A stretch of DNA of 64,000 nucleotides from Octopus sinensis (lineage: Eukaryota), in assembly GCF_006345805.1 (NCBI RefSeq), contig NC_043003.1:64418001-64482000 (forward strand), written 5' to 3'. Numbering within the stretch: position 1 is the stretch's first letter; each line of letters begins with the position of its first letter. The notes beneath the pieces were generated by a model. It was not told where the DNA came from and searched no databases. It was given only the letters and a program-made list of their open reading frames with translations. This document shows, piece after piece, positions 52,112 through 64,000 of the stretch. Made by a program: the position numbers and the translations under genes.

Positions 52112-52345
52112 GGCGCAGGCGTGGCTGTGTGGTAAGATTGCTTCATAATAACATGATTCTAGGTTCAGTCCCAATGCGTGACACCTAGGGCAAGTGTCTT
52201 CTACTATTTTCTCATGCCGACCAAAGCCTTGTGAGCGAATTTGGCAAATGGAAACTGAAAGAAGCCCGTCGTATATGTATGTATGTATGTGAGTGTGTGT
52301 GTTTGTGTCTGTATTTGTTCATCCACCACCGCTTGACAACTGGTG
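52112..52345 (+). mobile_element. SINE family A (further partial copies at ~24010-24180, 25800-25990, 26240-26375, 52380-52570, 52670-52810, 56430-56540, 58775-59130)
   Basis: GGCGCAGGCGTGGCTGTGTGGTAAG head and family modules. Confidence 0.8.
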
Positions 52346-52609
52346 TTATATATACATAATATGTATTATTTTCATTTTTGATTTGTTTTACTCATTGGGC
52401 TGCGGCCATACTGGGGTGCCTTGACGTTTGTTTTGGTCGAACAAATCGATCCAAGTTCTTAGTATTTTTAAGCCTAGTACATATTTTATTGGTCCCTTTT
52501 GCCAAACCACTAAGTTATGCGAACGTAAACAAACCTACAACAATTATCAATTAATAGCGAGGGACAAGCATCAGCACAAAGACCACACACACACACATGC
52601 CAACATGTA

Positions 52610-52645
<36 letters not shown>

Positions 52646-52934
52646 ACACATACACACACATATATATATACGACAGACTTCCACGCAGTTTCCGTCTATT
52701 GAATTCTAGCCGGCCGAGCTCATAGTAGAAGGCACTCGTCTAAATTGCTGCGCAGGGGGACTGAACTGGAAATCACGTGACTACAAGGCAAGCTTCTTAA
52801 TCATAGAGTGATTGCCTTTGTCAATAGGGTACGAATATAAAATCTTCAAGAAAACTGTTAAGGTGAATTATAGTTGTAGCTAGAATGTACCTGCTTCAAA
52901 CAAAAGAAACAAAAAGAAACAATTCCAACACGTA

Positions 52935-53260
52935 GAAGTGAACCTCTTCCTTGTGGGCCAGCTTGGGGCATTCTGTAACAATGTGCGTCATGCTTCATCC
53001 TAAAATCCACATATTCTGCACTTTGCCGACACTTTCTTCCCATACACATTCTTTGTCGAGATGTTAGTAAGCAATGCTTGATCTTGGGCTGCTTTAACAA
53101 GGCCCTCTGCTACTTATTTCAATTGTCTCCTTTCCAACTAAGTACAGGATTTTGTTCTACATGCAACCTCAGTGACTTTCGAAAACTCACCATACAAAAG
53201 TTTCTTTTCAATCTGTTTAACATGTTCTCTTTAAATTTCATTTCTGTCCTTTTCTCCTTG
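52935..53260 (-). mobile_element. Decayed R4-type CCHC-region fragment
   Basis: KLLYGEF...AAQDQALLTN..KCRICG..THIVTECPKLA. Confidence 0.75.
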
Positions 53261-53269
53261 TCTAAACGC

Positions 53270-53470
53270 AGCGCGGTTGCAGAATGCTTAGCATGATGGA
53301 CGAAATGCTTCGCGGTATTTCGTCTGTCTTTATGTTCTTAGTTCAAATTTCGTCGGAGGTCGACTTTGATCCTTTCGGGGCCGATAAATTAAGCATCAGT
53401 TGCGTATTGAGGTCGATCTAATTGACTGGCCCCTCCTCCCCAAATTTCGGCCCTTGTGCCTATAGTAGAA
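53270..53470 (+). mobile_element. SINE family B
   Basis: Family B head and central domain. Confidence 0.8.
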
Positions 53471-53494
53471 AAATTATTATTATTATTATTATTA

Positions 53495-53531
<37 letters not shown>

Positions 53532-53802
53532 TACTTTTAATCTGCACGTTTGTTACAATCACTCGCCGAGATACATCCAGCCTCCCAGGGCGAGTGAACA
53601 TTTAAATTGATAGGAATTTTCTAAGGATGTGGCAGTACTTGTCAGCGCAATCTTTTGGATTTCTCTGAGACATGGTTCTTCTGGGATATTATCTAGATGT
53701 TTTTAACATCCCTTGTTTATCATACCAAGAACATCCACAATAACAGGAACAGTTCTCGCTTTAAGATGCCACATCTTTTGTATTTCAATTTTTATTATTC
53801 TA
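53532..53802 (-). mobile_element. Short 5'-truncated R4-type 3' end, with (TAA)n on both sides
   Basis: EIQKMWHLKARTVPVIV..LGMI..EIQKIALTST plus 3' UTR, between TAA arrays. Confidence 0.85.
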
Positions 53803-53850
<48 letters not shown>

Positions 53851-54405
53851 GAGTGAGAGAGCAGTTCATGCCATCAAAGTGACACTAGGGTAAAATATAC
53901 GAAACCCAATATACCCATCATGACTACCCGTCTGATAAGGGTACACCAGGCACATGCATCACAACCATATGTGCGCGACATGGTGATCTCATATCAAGAT
54001 AAACAGCACATGACCTTTCAGGTGGGGCCCAGTTAGAATTTTCTTCAGGTTGAGTAGCCCATCCCGCTCAAAAGGTCCCTGAATAAGGGTTGTTTAAGGA
54101 TGTTGAAAGAACACCCATGTTTCCAGAGGTGAATTATTCAAACCCCAAAGAATCCTCTCAACACATGGCTATGATGCTCCCCCCCACTACTTCTGCTCAT
54201 GATCAGAGATGCACATATTGTCAGCCACTAAGGGACATGCTCAACTGGTTAAGGTCAAACAACTGACAAGCAAATCTGTGGTATTGAGCAGAATATTTGC
54301 TGTAGCCCATCTTTTATACCAAGACAAAACAATGTACATGATAAACAACACTTCCAATCAGTTTAAGATCAGAAGCCATGAGAGCCACTGCCTAGTATGC
54401 ATCAG
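53851..54405 (-). mobile_element. ~555 bp non-coding element in (TAA)n (copy 2)
   Basis: End-to-end homolog of 22125-22679; TAA arrays on both sides. Confidence 0.85.
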
Positions 54406-54453
<48 letters not shown>

Positions 54454-54586
54454 GTGAATGTACTTTAACTCACACATGCATGTAAGAGAGCAAACATATT
54501 CGCGCGCATTATGTAGAGATGAATAAGCGAGTCAGTGAATGGTGCTTAGAGTTGTCACTGTGATGTACGTTGTGTATACGCGTGCG

Positions 54587-54703
<117 letters not shown>

Positions 54704-55327
54704 GTTGTAGCTGAATATAAGGTGAGGTCATATATGTTCTGTTATGTGAGAGAAAGCAAAACAAATTTTACAACAGGAAAACCTTCGTTTTGTTTCTTTA
54801 TATTTTTTTGTCTTCGTATTCCATTTTTGGTGTTTTTCTGTTTTTTTTTTTCTCTCTCTCTGTCTATTTTTTAGGGCTTTTAAATCTCATCTCAATTGTC
54901 TGGTTGAAGTTATTTGGCAAACGACAACGCACAGGATGCGACACCTGAAAATAAGTAGCGGAAAATATGTCTGACTATTAATACAACGTACAGACACAAC
55001 CAGTTTGTAAAAAACATTTAGTAATTTTACACCGCGACATCATCCACAAAGCTAATATCTATATAAATACATATATACATTTATAGATACGTATATACAC
55101 ATAAACGTGTGTAGGTATGCATGTTTTATATATGTATGTAAGCATACAAACACTCAGATATAAAGTGCGCGCGCGCGTTTGTATGTGTATGTGCTTTGTA
55201 TAACCGACAAATCGGCTGTGGTATAGTGTCACAGAAGCCAGCGAATGCCTGTCTCCCGATGTCTTTACGCATTCATGTAACTGTGAAAGTATGCTTGCGT
55301 GCGTGCGCGTTTGACGTAGACAGAAAG

Positions 55328-55377
<50 letters not shown>

Positions 55378-55585
55378 ACACTCACACACACACTTACGCG
55401 CACGCACACAGAGACACGTACGCGCATACACACATACACACACAGTAACAAAACACATATATGTCTGATATGTATATATGTATGTATATGTATGCATATA
55501 TATGTATGTTATATATACATGTATATTGTATATATATGTATGTATATATATATATATATTATTATATTATATATATATATATGTA

Positions 55586-55616
<31 letters not shown>

Positions 55617-55641
55617 GTTATATATTATGCATAAGTATATA

Positions 55642-56400
<759 letters not shown>

Positions 56401-56785
56401 GGATCCCTTCCAGGGTCTCTATTATCGATTTTTTCAACAGTCTGAGAATAGTTCCTGGGGTCGATTTATTCGACTAAAGGGGGTGCTCCAGTATGGTCGC
56501 AGCCAAATAACTGAAACAAGTAAAAGAATAAAAGTATAAAAGAATAGTATAGAGATCACGTGTTTTGGGTTTGCCTGCCCGCACTAGCGTGTAAGGCGTC
56601 CTGTGAAGGGTCACCTCTCATATGAAAATATGTTGTCTATTGACTTTTATTACGCATGCTACCCATCGGTATGAAAGCTTTTCTAAATTTTTTACCCTTA
56701 TAATTTTCACAGTATATATATTATATATATATATACATATTTACGGATATATATATATTATAATATATATATTTTACGGTATATA

Positions 56786-56824
<39 letters not shown>

Positions 56825-57054
56825 TATATATATTATATATATAAATATAAATTTAAATAATAAGGGTAAAATATTTAATATTAATTTGATTAATATAAAT
56901 TTAAACATTGGCCTAGTATATTGAAAATATCTGATGATTCAGAAAAATATATTACATACATATAAGAAGGCTGACCACTAGGTGAACATCCAATATGCTA
57001 GATTTAGACCCCATATGGTCTGACCAGTAAGAAAATTTTGTTCCCAATATATGT

Positions 57055-57085
<31 letters not shown>

Positions 57086-57111
57086 CTATATATATATAGA
57101 TATATATACAT

Positions 57112-57196
<85 letters not shown>

Positions 57197-57240
57197 TATA
57201 TATATATATATATATACATACATATATATATAATATATAT

Positions 57241-57290
<50 letters not shown>

Positions 57291-57319
57291 CACAATAAAT
57301 TAAGATCAAAAATTAAGAC

Positions 57320-57730
57320 TCTATTCCTTAGCGAGTATGAGAAAGATATCCCATAATAAATCTGGAAGATCCTGGAAACTTGTCTCAAACTTTGGCATCG
57401 AGAGTTACACAAAAACTAGAACTGGGCGCCACTGCATAGTGCCAAGGACTCCAAATTTGCCATCAAGATGTAGGACAAGATACTGCAATAGCCTGGGCTT
57501 CAGAGGTCCACAGCTCTTCAATATCCCTCCGAAGGACCTGAGAGACCTGCATGGGGTGGATGTAGGTGTCTTCAAAATAAAGCTGGACCTCTTCCTGTCA
57601 GGTGTCCCGGATGAACCAACTTCGCGGCAGGAGTTGCAGATGAAGGCAGCTGCATCAAACTCTCTCACGCACCAAATGTCAATTGCTAAAAAGCATTCGT
57701 GAAGTAAAATCATGTAGCAACACCAAATGG
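57320..57730 (+). mobile_element. CR1/L2-group LINE 3' fragment (different family from 40381-44973)
   Basis: LVSNFGIES..RTGRHCIVP..NSLGFRGPQLFNI.PKDLR..FKIKLDLFLSGVPDEP. Confidence 0.75.
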
Positions 57731-57786
57731 CGGTGCCCCAGCATGGTCACAGCTCGTGAGCTGAAACTAGATGAAAAAATATACAT

Positions 57787-57817
<31 letters not shown>

Positions 57818-57822
57818 ATACA

Positions 57823-57878
<56 letters not shown>

Positions 57879-57882
57879 CATA

Positions 57883-58263
57883 TTGTGGTCGTATACCGTC
57901 AACTCAATGTGACAGTCCCGTAAGGGAATTACCCCACCGCCATTTAGCCCTAGGAAACATCGACGTCTCCTGTCGGCTTTGACACATTTTCTGTGTCCTT
58001 ATATTTGCAAGGGGGGGGGGGGCAATCACCCCCAGCGAGCAAGACAAGCTACCCTGAACTGACGACGAGCAATAGACTCAGAAACATATGTCTTCAGGTG
58101 CTTAGTCCCAGCTGGCGGGGGTGATAGCCTCCCCTTTGCAAATATAAGGACACAGAAAATGTGTCAAAGCCGACAGGAGACGTCGATGTTTCCTAGGGCT
58201 AAATGGCGGTGGTGCAATTCCCTTACGGGACTGTCACATTGAGTTGACGTTATACGACCACTA
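57883..58263. mobile_element. 380 bp foldback element with ~140 bp near-perfect inverted arms and a central hammerhead
   Basis: TA|TTGTGGTCGTATA... and ...TATACGACCACTA|TA; arms end at ATCACCCCC / GGGGGTGAT. Confidence 0.9.
58053..58098 (+). ncRNA. Type I hammerhead ribozyme with canonical core and GUC cleavage site (after 58092)
   Basis: CCTGAA-CTGACGA-cGAG caataga CTCa-GAAA-CATATG-TC-TTCAGG; stem I extends through an internal loop (GAC AAGC / GCTT a GTC). Confidence 0.8.
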
Positions 58264-58319
58264 TATTGCTCCACCACCGCTTATGTCTCTCTGAGAAATT
58301 TAGAAATTCAATATTTCTA

Positions 58320-58380
<61 letters not shown>

Positions 58381-59645
58381 ATATATATAATATACATACA
58401 TACATACACACACACACACTCACACACAAACACACACACACATATATATATATACATATATAACTGTATGATAACACATAATAACATTTCATTCTCAGAC
58501 TTGAAGCAACAATTTATAAATCCAAACAAATGACTGAACAACGATAAGCTAACCCCAGCCAGGATCGAACTTAAAAATCAAAGCTTTCCGCGTTTGTCTA
58601 CAAATATAATATGTAGATATAGATATACATACACGTTTTGTAGCATGTAGTCGAAAGATAACACCTACTTTAAACAGGTATCGTTTCTTTTCTTGCTTCT
58701 TTTTTTCTTCTTTCTATCTGACTTCCTATCTGGCCTCGTTCGAAACGTCGACCTGCTTCTTTTCGTTTGGAATCACGTGGTTTCAGATTCAGTTCCAATG
58801 CGTGGGACCTTGGTTAAGTTTCCTTTACAATAGCCCCGGTCCGACTAATGCCTTGTGAGTGAATTTGGTAGACGAAAACTGTGTGGAATCCCATCACAAT
58901 ATGTGTGTATGTGTGTGTGTGTGAATGTCTTTGTATTTCTCCCCACCACTGTTGGTTTACGACCGGTTTTGGTTTGTTTACATACCTGTAAGGTAGCTGT
59001 TTGGCAGAAGAGACCGAAAAGATAAGTACCAAATTTTTAACGTACGAATATTGGGGTCGATTTCATCGATAAAAAGCCCCCTTCAAGGTGGTGTCCCAAA
59101 ATGGCGATAGTCCAATGAATGAAATAAGATAGAAGATAAATAACGGATTGTCAAAATCTGAAAAAAAAAAAAAAAGATAAATTGTAAAAAAGCCTATCTA
59201 TTGTCCCTAATAAAAAAGGGAATAAGAAAAAAAAGAAAGAAAAATATAAAGGGAAAAGGGTACCATGAAAATTACTGCAAAAAGACCCAGCAAAATATAA
59301 AACGCAATAGTCGTAAATATTAAAGCAAGTTTATTAGGGGGAATTAGGGCAATGCATTGTGGGAGTAGGGTTGTATTGAATATCATCGCAACATCAGTTT
59401 TCGTGGATTCGACACAAAGCTTGTTATTTACGGCGCTGTGTGTTCTATTGAATGTTAGATATGTATAGATAGATTAACGAATTTAGTAGTTGCCAGCTGT
59501 GGCAAGGAACCTGACGTATTTGTAATTAGAGACCAAATCAGTGAGTGTTAGACCTTTCGGAATCTTTCAATGCAATGATAATCCCCCTTTTATAAATGTA
59601 ACGATCTCGTTGATGTACACATACGCGTGCTTACACACGCACACG

Positions 59646-59688
<43 letters not shown>

Positions 59689-59854
59689 ACATACACACAC
59701 ACGTACACACACACCACACACACTAATATTATATGCATACCTACTTCTATATAATATATGTGTGTGTGTGTGTGTGCGTGGTGTATATATATATATATAT
59801 ATATATATCATATATAGATACATATATATATATGCATGTATATACATCATATAT

Positions 59855-59904
<50 letters not shown>

Positions 59905-59930
59905 TGTAATATATATATTATATCTGTAAA

Positions 59931-59989
<59 letters not shown>

Positions 59990-60200
59990 GTACGCGTTGC
60001 GTGTGTGTGTTATCTTGTCATGATAAAGTATTCTTTTATGATACTTCGATTCGTCACCTTCCCATGCCCCAGTTTTTCACTTAATTTATCATCCCCTATG
60101 GCATATCTTTAGATTGTGTGTCCGTGATATATTCGCAATTTATCACCTTTGTGAAGCCTCCAGACACCAATACTCACAAGCAGGCATTTTTACGCGCGCA

Positions 60201-60249
<49 letters not shown>

Positions 60250-60256
<7 letters not shown>

Positions 60257-60494
60257 ATCCCTCGTCATATCGCGTTTCACTTACCGCGGTTCACCTATCG
60301 CGATTTATTATTTAAGTTCATGTCTATTCCTCCGTGGTGTTGTTTTACATTTATAATAAAACAAATATATACAAATTATAAAAATTACAAAAAAAACAAA
60401 CAATACAGTAGAGTACTGTTTCTACTTTGCGGATTTTCAACTATCGCGGGTTTTTTTGGAACGTATCACCCGCGATAGTCGAGGGATTACATTG
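60250..60494. mobile_element. Pogo/Tigger-like MITE
   Basis: CAGAGTAATCCCTCG..ATCGCG and CCGCGATAGTCGAGGGATTACATTG|TA. Confidence 0.7.
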
Positions 60495-61882
60495 TACCAC
60501 AAATCCTAGTTCAAGCACGACTAAATGCACACATACCTCCACATACATACTGATGATGAGACCTAATTACAGTATTTTTTGGATATGACCAAAAGCAAAC
60601 ATTTGTAAGTAATGGTATCACCATCAGCTGAAGTAGTAAATTATTAATATATGACTAATGTTCTAGTAACACAACAATGAGTGTGGAAGGCGCTCTGAAA
60701 TGACTTTACTCCTTTTACCTAAAGCAAGAATTTTTCTCCGTGGCAAACCACACTGAATACACCTTTTTAAAGGTAAAACATGTTTACGACATCTTTAAAG
60801 TGATCTAAGCTTTGTATATTTTTTAATATTTCAAAATATTTTATTCATCATCCTTTTACATACGAAAAGATTGTATAATGCCGGTCCTGGATATGCAAAA
60901 ATAACGAGATGTCCATGGTTGGAAAAGCCTTCGATAGTTGGTCGACTAGATCAGGAATGATCTGGGTCTAAACAAAAGCAGTAGCAACAACAACAACAGC
61001 ATCAACAGCAGCAGCAGCAGTGACATGCCCCTGTTTTTGCAAAATCAAAGATAATCCAATATCTTATATAGAATCGTAAAAAGAAAACTATTACATTTCT
61101 TGATTTACAGTACACAGTATGCAAGAAAATTTTGCTAATTTCAAGAAGAATTTTTAATTTATTTTACATTACTGCACTGAGGACCACCCATAATCAGTAG
61201 ATAATTTTTACAGATTTCTTATAAGAAAGCTAAACCTGAAGTCAGATTAGAATTGCTCTGATTGGTAGCTGGTATTGAAGAGAGCACAAAAAACTCGAAA
61301 TGCATCTATCATATCGTAAGGAGGCGCTCTGAATCGAATTTGTGTGTTTTGACGTTTTGCCTAAAACGAAAATATTTCAGCATAGCAAATCGCAGTGAAA
61401 ACATTGCTTTACAAGTCAAATGTGTTCAAGACACATTTGAACTAATCTCCTGTCGAAGTTGTTTAACTCCAGGTCTGTCCAAATTAATCTAACCTATTAT
61501 CAAAAGATTGAACAAAGACCAGCGTTTGCAATAACGATGTTACTATTAATTAAACTAATAAACCACAAGTACGATATCACTCTCGTATATTGCACTCTTT
61601 TCATCAATACCATTGGCTTCTAATTAAAGTTTTGTATATGTAGTAACTGTTTAAGCCCAGGCTTTTTCTGATTCACCAGACCTATGATCAAAATGCATTC
61701 CAGCCAGGTGCAGGCACGGTTGCTTGGTTAAGAAGCTCGCTTTGCAGCCAAGCAGTTTCTGTTCCAGTTCCACTGCGCAGCACCTTGGGAAAGTGTCTTC
61801 TACAATAGCTGCGGGCGACCAATATTTTATGAGCGAATTCTGTTGGCGGAAATTGTGTGGAAGTCCATCATATGTGTATGTG

Positions 61883-62722
61883 GATGAGAACCCAATAAGG
61901 TTCGGAGATCGATTAAGGTTGTTCATAATTTTTTTCAGTCTGCAGAGTAATGGCTAAAATTTGCCCTGTTTATAATCCTACCATATGTTACATATATATT
62001 ATATCATACCTTGTAGTGGGTAGCGATTTTCTTCATTACTTCAGGGAGTGACGACCCTGCCTAATACAAGTCCCGGCCTCAGCTGGCTCCGGCTGACAGT
62101 ACCCGGTATGGGCCCCTATCCAGGGTTACGGAAAGGAGACAACCTTCAAAGAAATCCGGAGTGGAGCCCCGTAGGCGGTTTAGTGTTCGACTCGATACTC
62201 TTCCGGCAGCTCCTGCAACCAAGCTGGTGCCAAACGTAATGCTCTGCACTCCTTTAAACTATGTCAGCAAGGTTGAGAGGGGAATCCTGACGATTAGTCT
62301 ACCCAGGATGTTCTTACATCTAGCCCAGGCCTGTGCAAAACTGGAGAGGAAACTAGAGAGGACAGGAAATGTAAAAACCAGACTGGATTAGTTTATGCGC
62401 AACTCTCCTGAGACAAAAGGATGCCAACAACAACCTTGATACTGTGTGGACTAAGATCTCCGATGACATACCACTGGTGTTTATAGAGTGTTGAACACTT
62501 TCGGTATGCAAATTAGGGACTCCTTCATAGAGTAACTGGTGCATTTGTTGAGTATATAAACAGTTTGGCTGCTTGTTTCTCTGGAGACTGTCAGAATGAT
62601 GTAGGCGCCTCCGATGAGAATCCAATAAGGTTCAAAAATCGATTAAGGTTGTTCATCCGTTTTTTTTTTCAGAGAAGTGGCTAAAATTTGCCCTGTTTAT
62701 AATTATACCATGTGTTATACAC
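61883..62722 (+). mobile_element. Insertion splitting a family A SINE, bounded by ~115 bp direct repeats (period 730) that each carry a decayed hammerhead
   Basis: GATGA-GAACC caataa GGTTC-GGAG-ATCGAT-TA-AGGTTG (61883) and CCGATGA-GAATC caataa GGTTC-AAAA-ATCGAT-TA-AGGTTG (62611); PLE-like NLDTVWTKI before repeat 2; SINE halves at 61712-61880 and 62790-62995. Confidence 0.7.
62010..62372 (+). mobile_element. RTE-like 5'-UTR fragment nested in the above insertion
   Basis: GC-rich GGAAAGGAGACAACC..AAATCCGGAGTGGAGCCCCGTAGGCGG resembles RTE 5' UTRs; no ORF. Confidence 0.4.
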
Positions 62723-63515
62723 ACACACACCACACACACATACATATATATATATATATAAATATACATACTTACAAGTATGTTTGCATATATGTATGTA
62801 CGTATAGGTGTGTATGTTTATATGTGTGTTTTTCCCACACCGATTGACAACTGGTGTTGCTTTGTTAGCAAAAGAGGCCGATAGAATAAATGCCTGACTA
62901 TAAAATGTACTGGGGTTGATTTGTGAGACTAAACCCTTCAAAGCGGTGCTCCAGCAAGGCTGCGGTCCCTTGACTGAAACAATTAAAATATAAAAGATAC
63001 TATCTTAGATTGTTCAATGTATCTTTTATTTTTTTAGATGACAAAACATTTTTTTAAGGGGAAATTTAGCTGCTATTTTTATCCCGTCGAGCAGCCATGT
63101 ATTAACTATTTCGTTCAACTGTGAATGATTTGTATATTAATGTTGAACAGCTGCATGGCCACAAGTGCAGACATGTGCATTCTGTATTTTCTTTTCCTGA
63201 GGCTACATTGTCTCACATGTCCTCCGTAGGACAGTCTACCGTATATGCACAGTTTGTAGCTAATTGCTGTGGTTTCGTCCAGTTTACGTTGAGGTTTTGT
63301 GTAGCTTATAGATACGTGCTGTAGCAAAGACAGCAACCAATCGACCATATTTTCGTGTCCCGCGATAAAAAGAGAGAAATCTACCCATACCCCTATATGG
63401 TGTTTCCAGAACACTGGAGAAACTAAATGAATATCGTAGGTTGGGCTCCGAGATAAAAGGATTATAGAACAGAAAATTAAGAGCTTCCAATTGTTTTTGA
63501 AACTCACACATAGCT

Positions 63516-63550
<35 letters not shown>

Positions 63551-63864
63551 AAAAATTCATTTGATGTATTTAGTTGCTCCCAAGTAAAACTGCGTTGTAA
63601 ACAGTTGATAAATATGGCGCTCTTGGTAACTGTGACTATATTGAGAAAGTTTATATTAAAAAAAAAAGATAAAGTTTAGGTCACATGTTTAGATTCAGTT
63701 ACTCTCGGCAAAGACAGGTTTAGAGGCCATGGAATGAGAATAATAGCATTAACAGCATCTCTACCACAACCATAACCACCACCACCATCATCACTCCTCC
63801 TCCCCCTCCTCCTCCTACTACTACTACTAATAATAATAATAATGATTCCAAATTTTTCCACAAG

Positions 63865-64000
63865 GGCAGCAATTTTTGGGGAGGGGATGTGTCGATTACA
63901 TCGAACCAGTATTCAACTGGTACTTATTTTATCGACCCCGGAAGGATGAAAGGTAAAATCAACCTCGGCGGAATTTGAACTCAGAACGCAGCGGCAAACG
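63865..64000 (-). mobile_element. SINE family B (runs off the window edge)
   Basis: CTGGTACTTATTTTATCGACCCCGGAAGGATGAAAGG..GAATTTGAACTCAG. Confidence 0.85.

Noticed and set aside
56915-56960. CTGATGA-TTCA-GAAA
   Set aside because: Stem II essentially absent and no valid UH site with stem III
59355-59372. GCATTGTGGGAG (ZNF143-like motif)
   Set aside because: Isolated partial match with no other promoter features
63115-63543. ORF with GHENMVDWLL, ankyrin-like
   Set aside because: Single short motif, no second repeat, no splice acceptor; the ORF starts in a (TG)n tract

Overview
This is animal genomic DNA, AT-rich and saturated with microsatellites. The SINE families and repeat landscape point to a coleoid cephalopod, probably Octopus (inference). 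No complete host gene is visible, only a few weak exon or promoter candidates, so the window is intergenic or intronic and almost entirely mobile-element derived. Contents: (1) A probably intact ~4.15 kb R4/Dong-clade retrotransposon in a (TAA)n array, at least six more R4-type fragments, and a ~555 bp non-coding element that also sits in (TAA)n. (2) A young, GC/CpG-rich ~4.6 kb CR1-type LINE and a near-identical 5'-truncated copy. (3) RTE, CR1/L2-like and Penelope-like (PLE) remnants, an internally deleted mariner, several MITEs or foldbacks, a 202 bp LTR-PBS remnant with a 5 bp TSD, and many tRNA-derived SINEs. The main hidden signal is a set of type I hammerhead ribozyme (HHR) motifs at six loci (seven motifs), found by manual folding. 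Five loci have palindromic dimer-type stem III, and several have variant cores. They occur in three architectures: ~260-270 nt direct-repeat units, a 730 nt HHR-to-HHR unit, and one near-canonical HHR at the apex of a 380 bp hairpin with ~140 bp inverted arms. Most ORFs in the supplied track are microsatellite translations. Frameshifts in young elements fall mostly in homopolymers, which suggests long-read indel errors.
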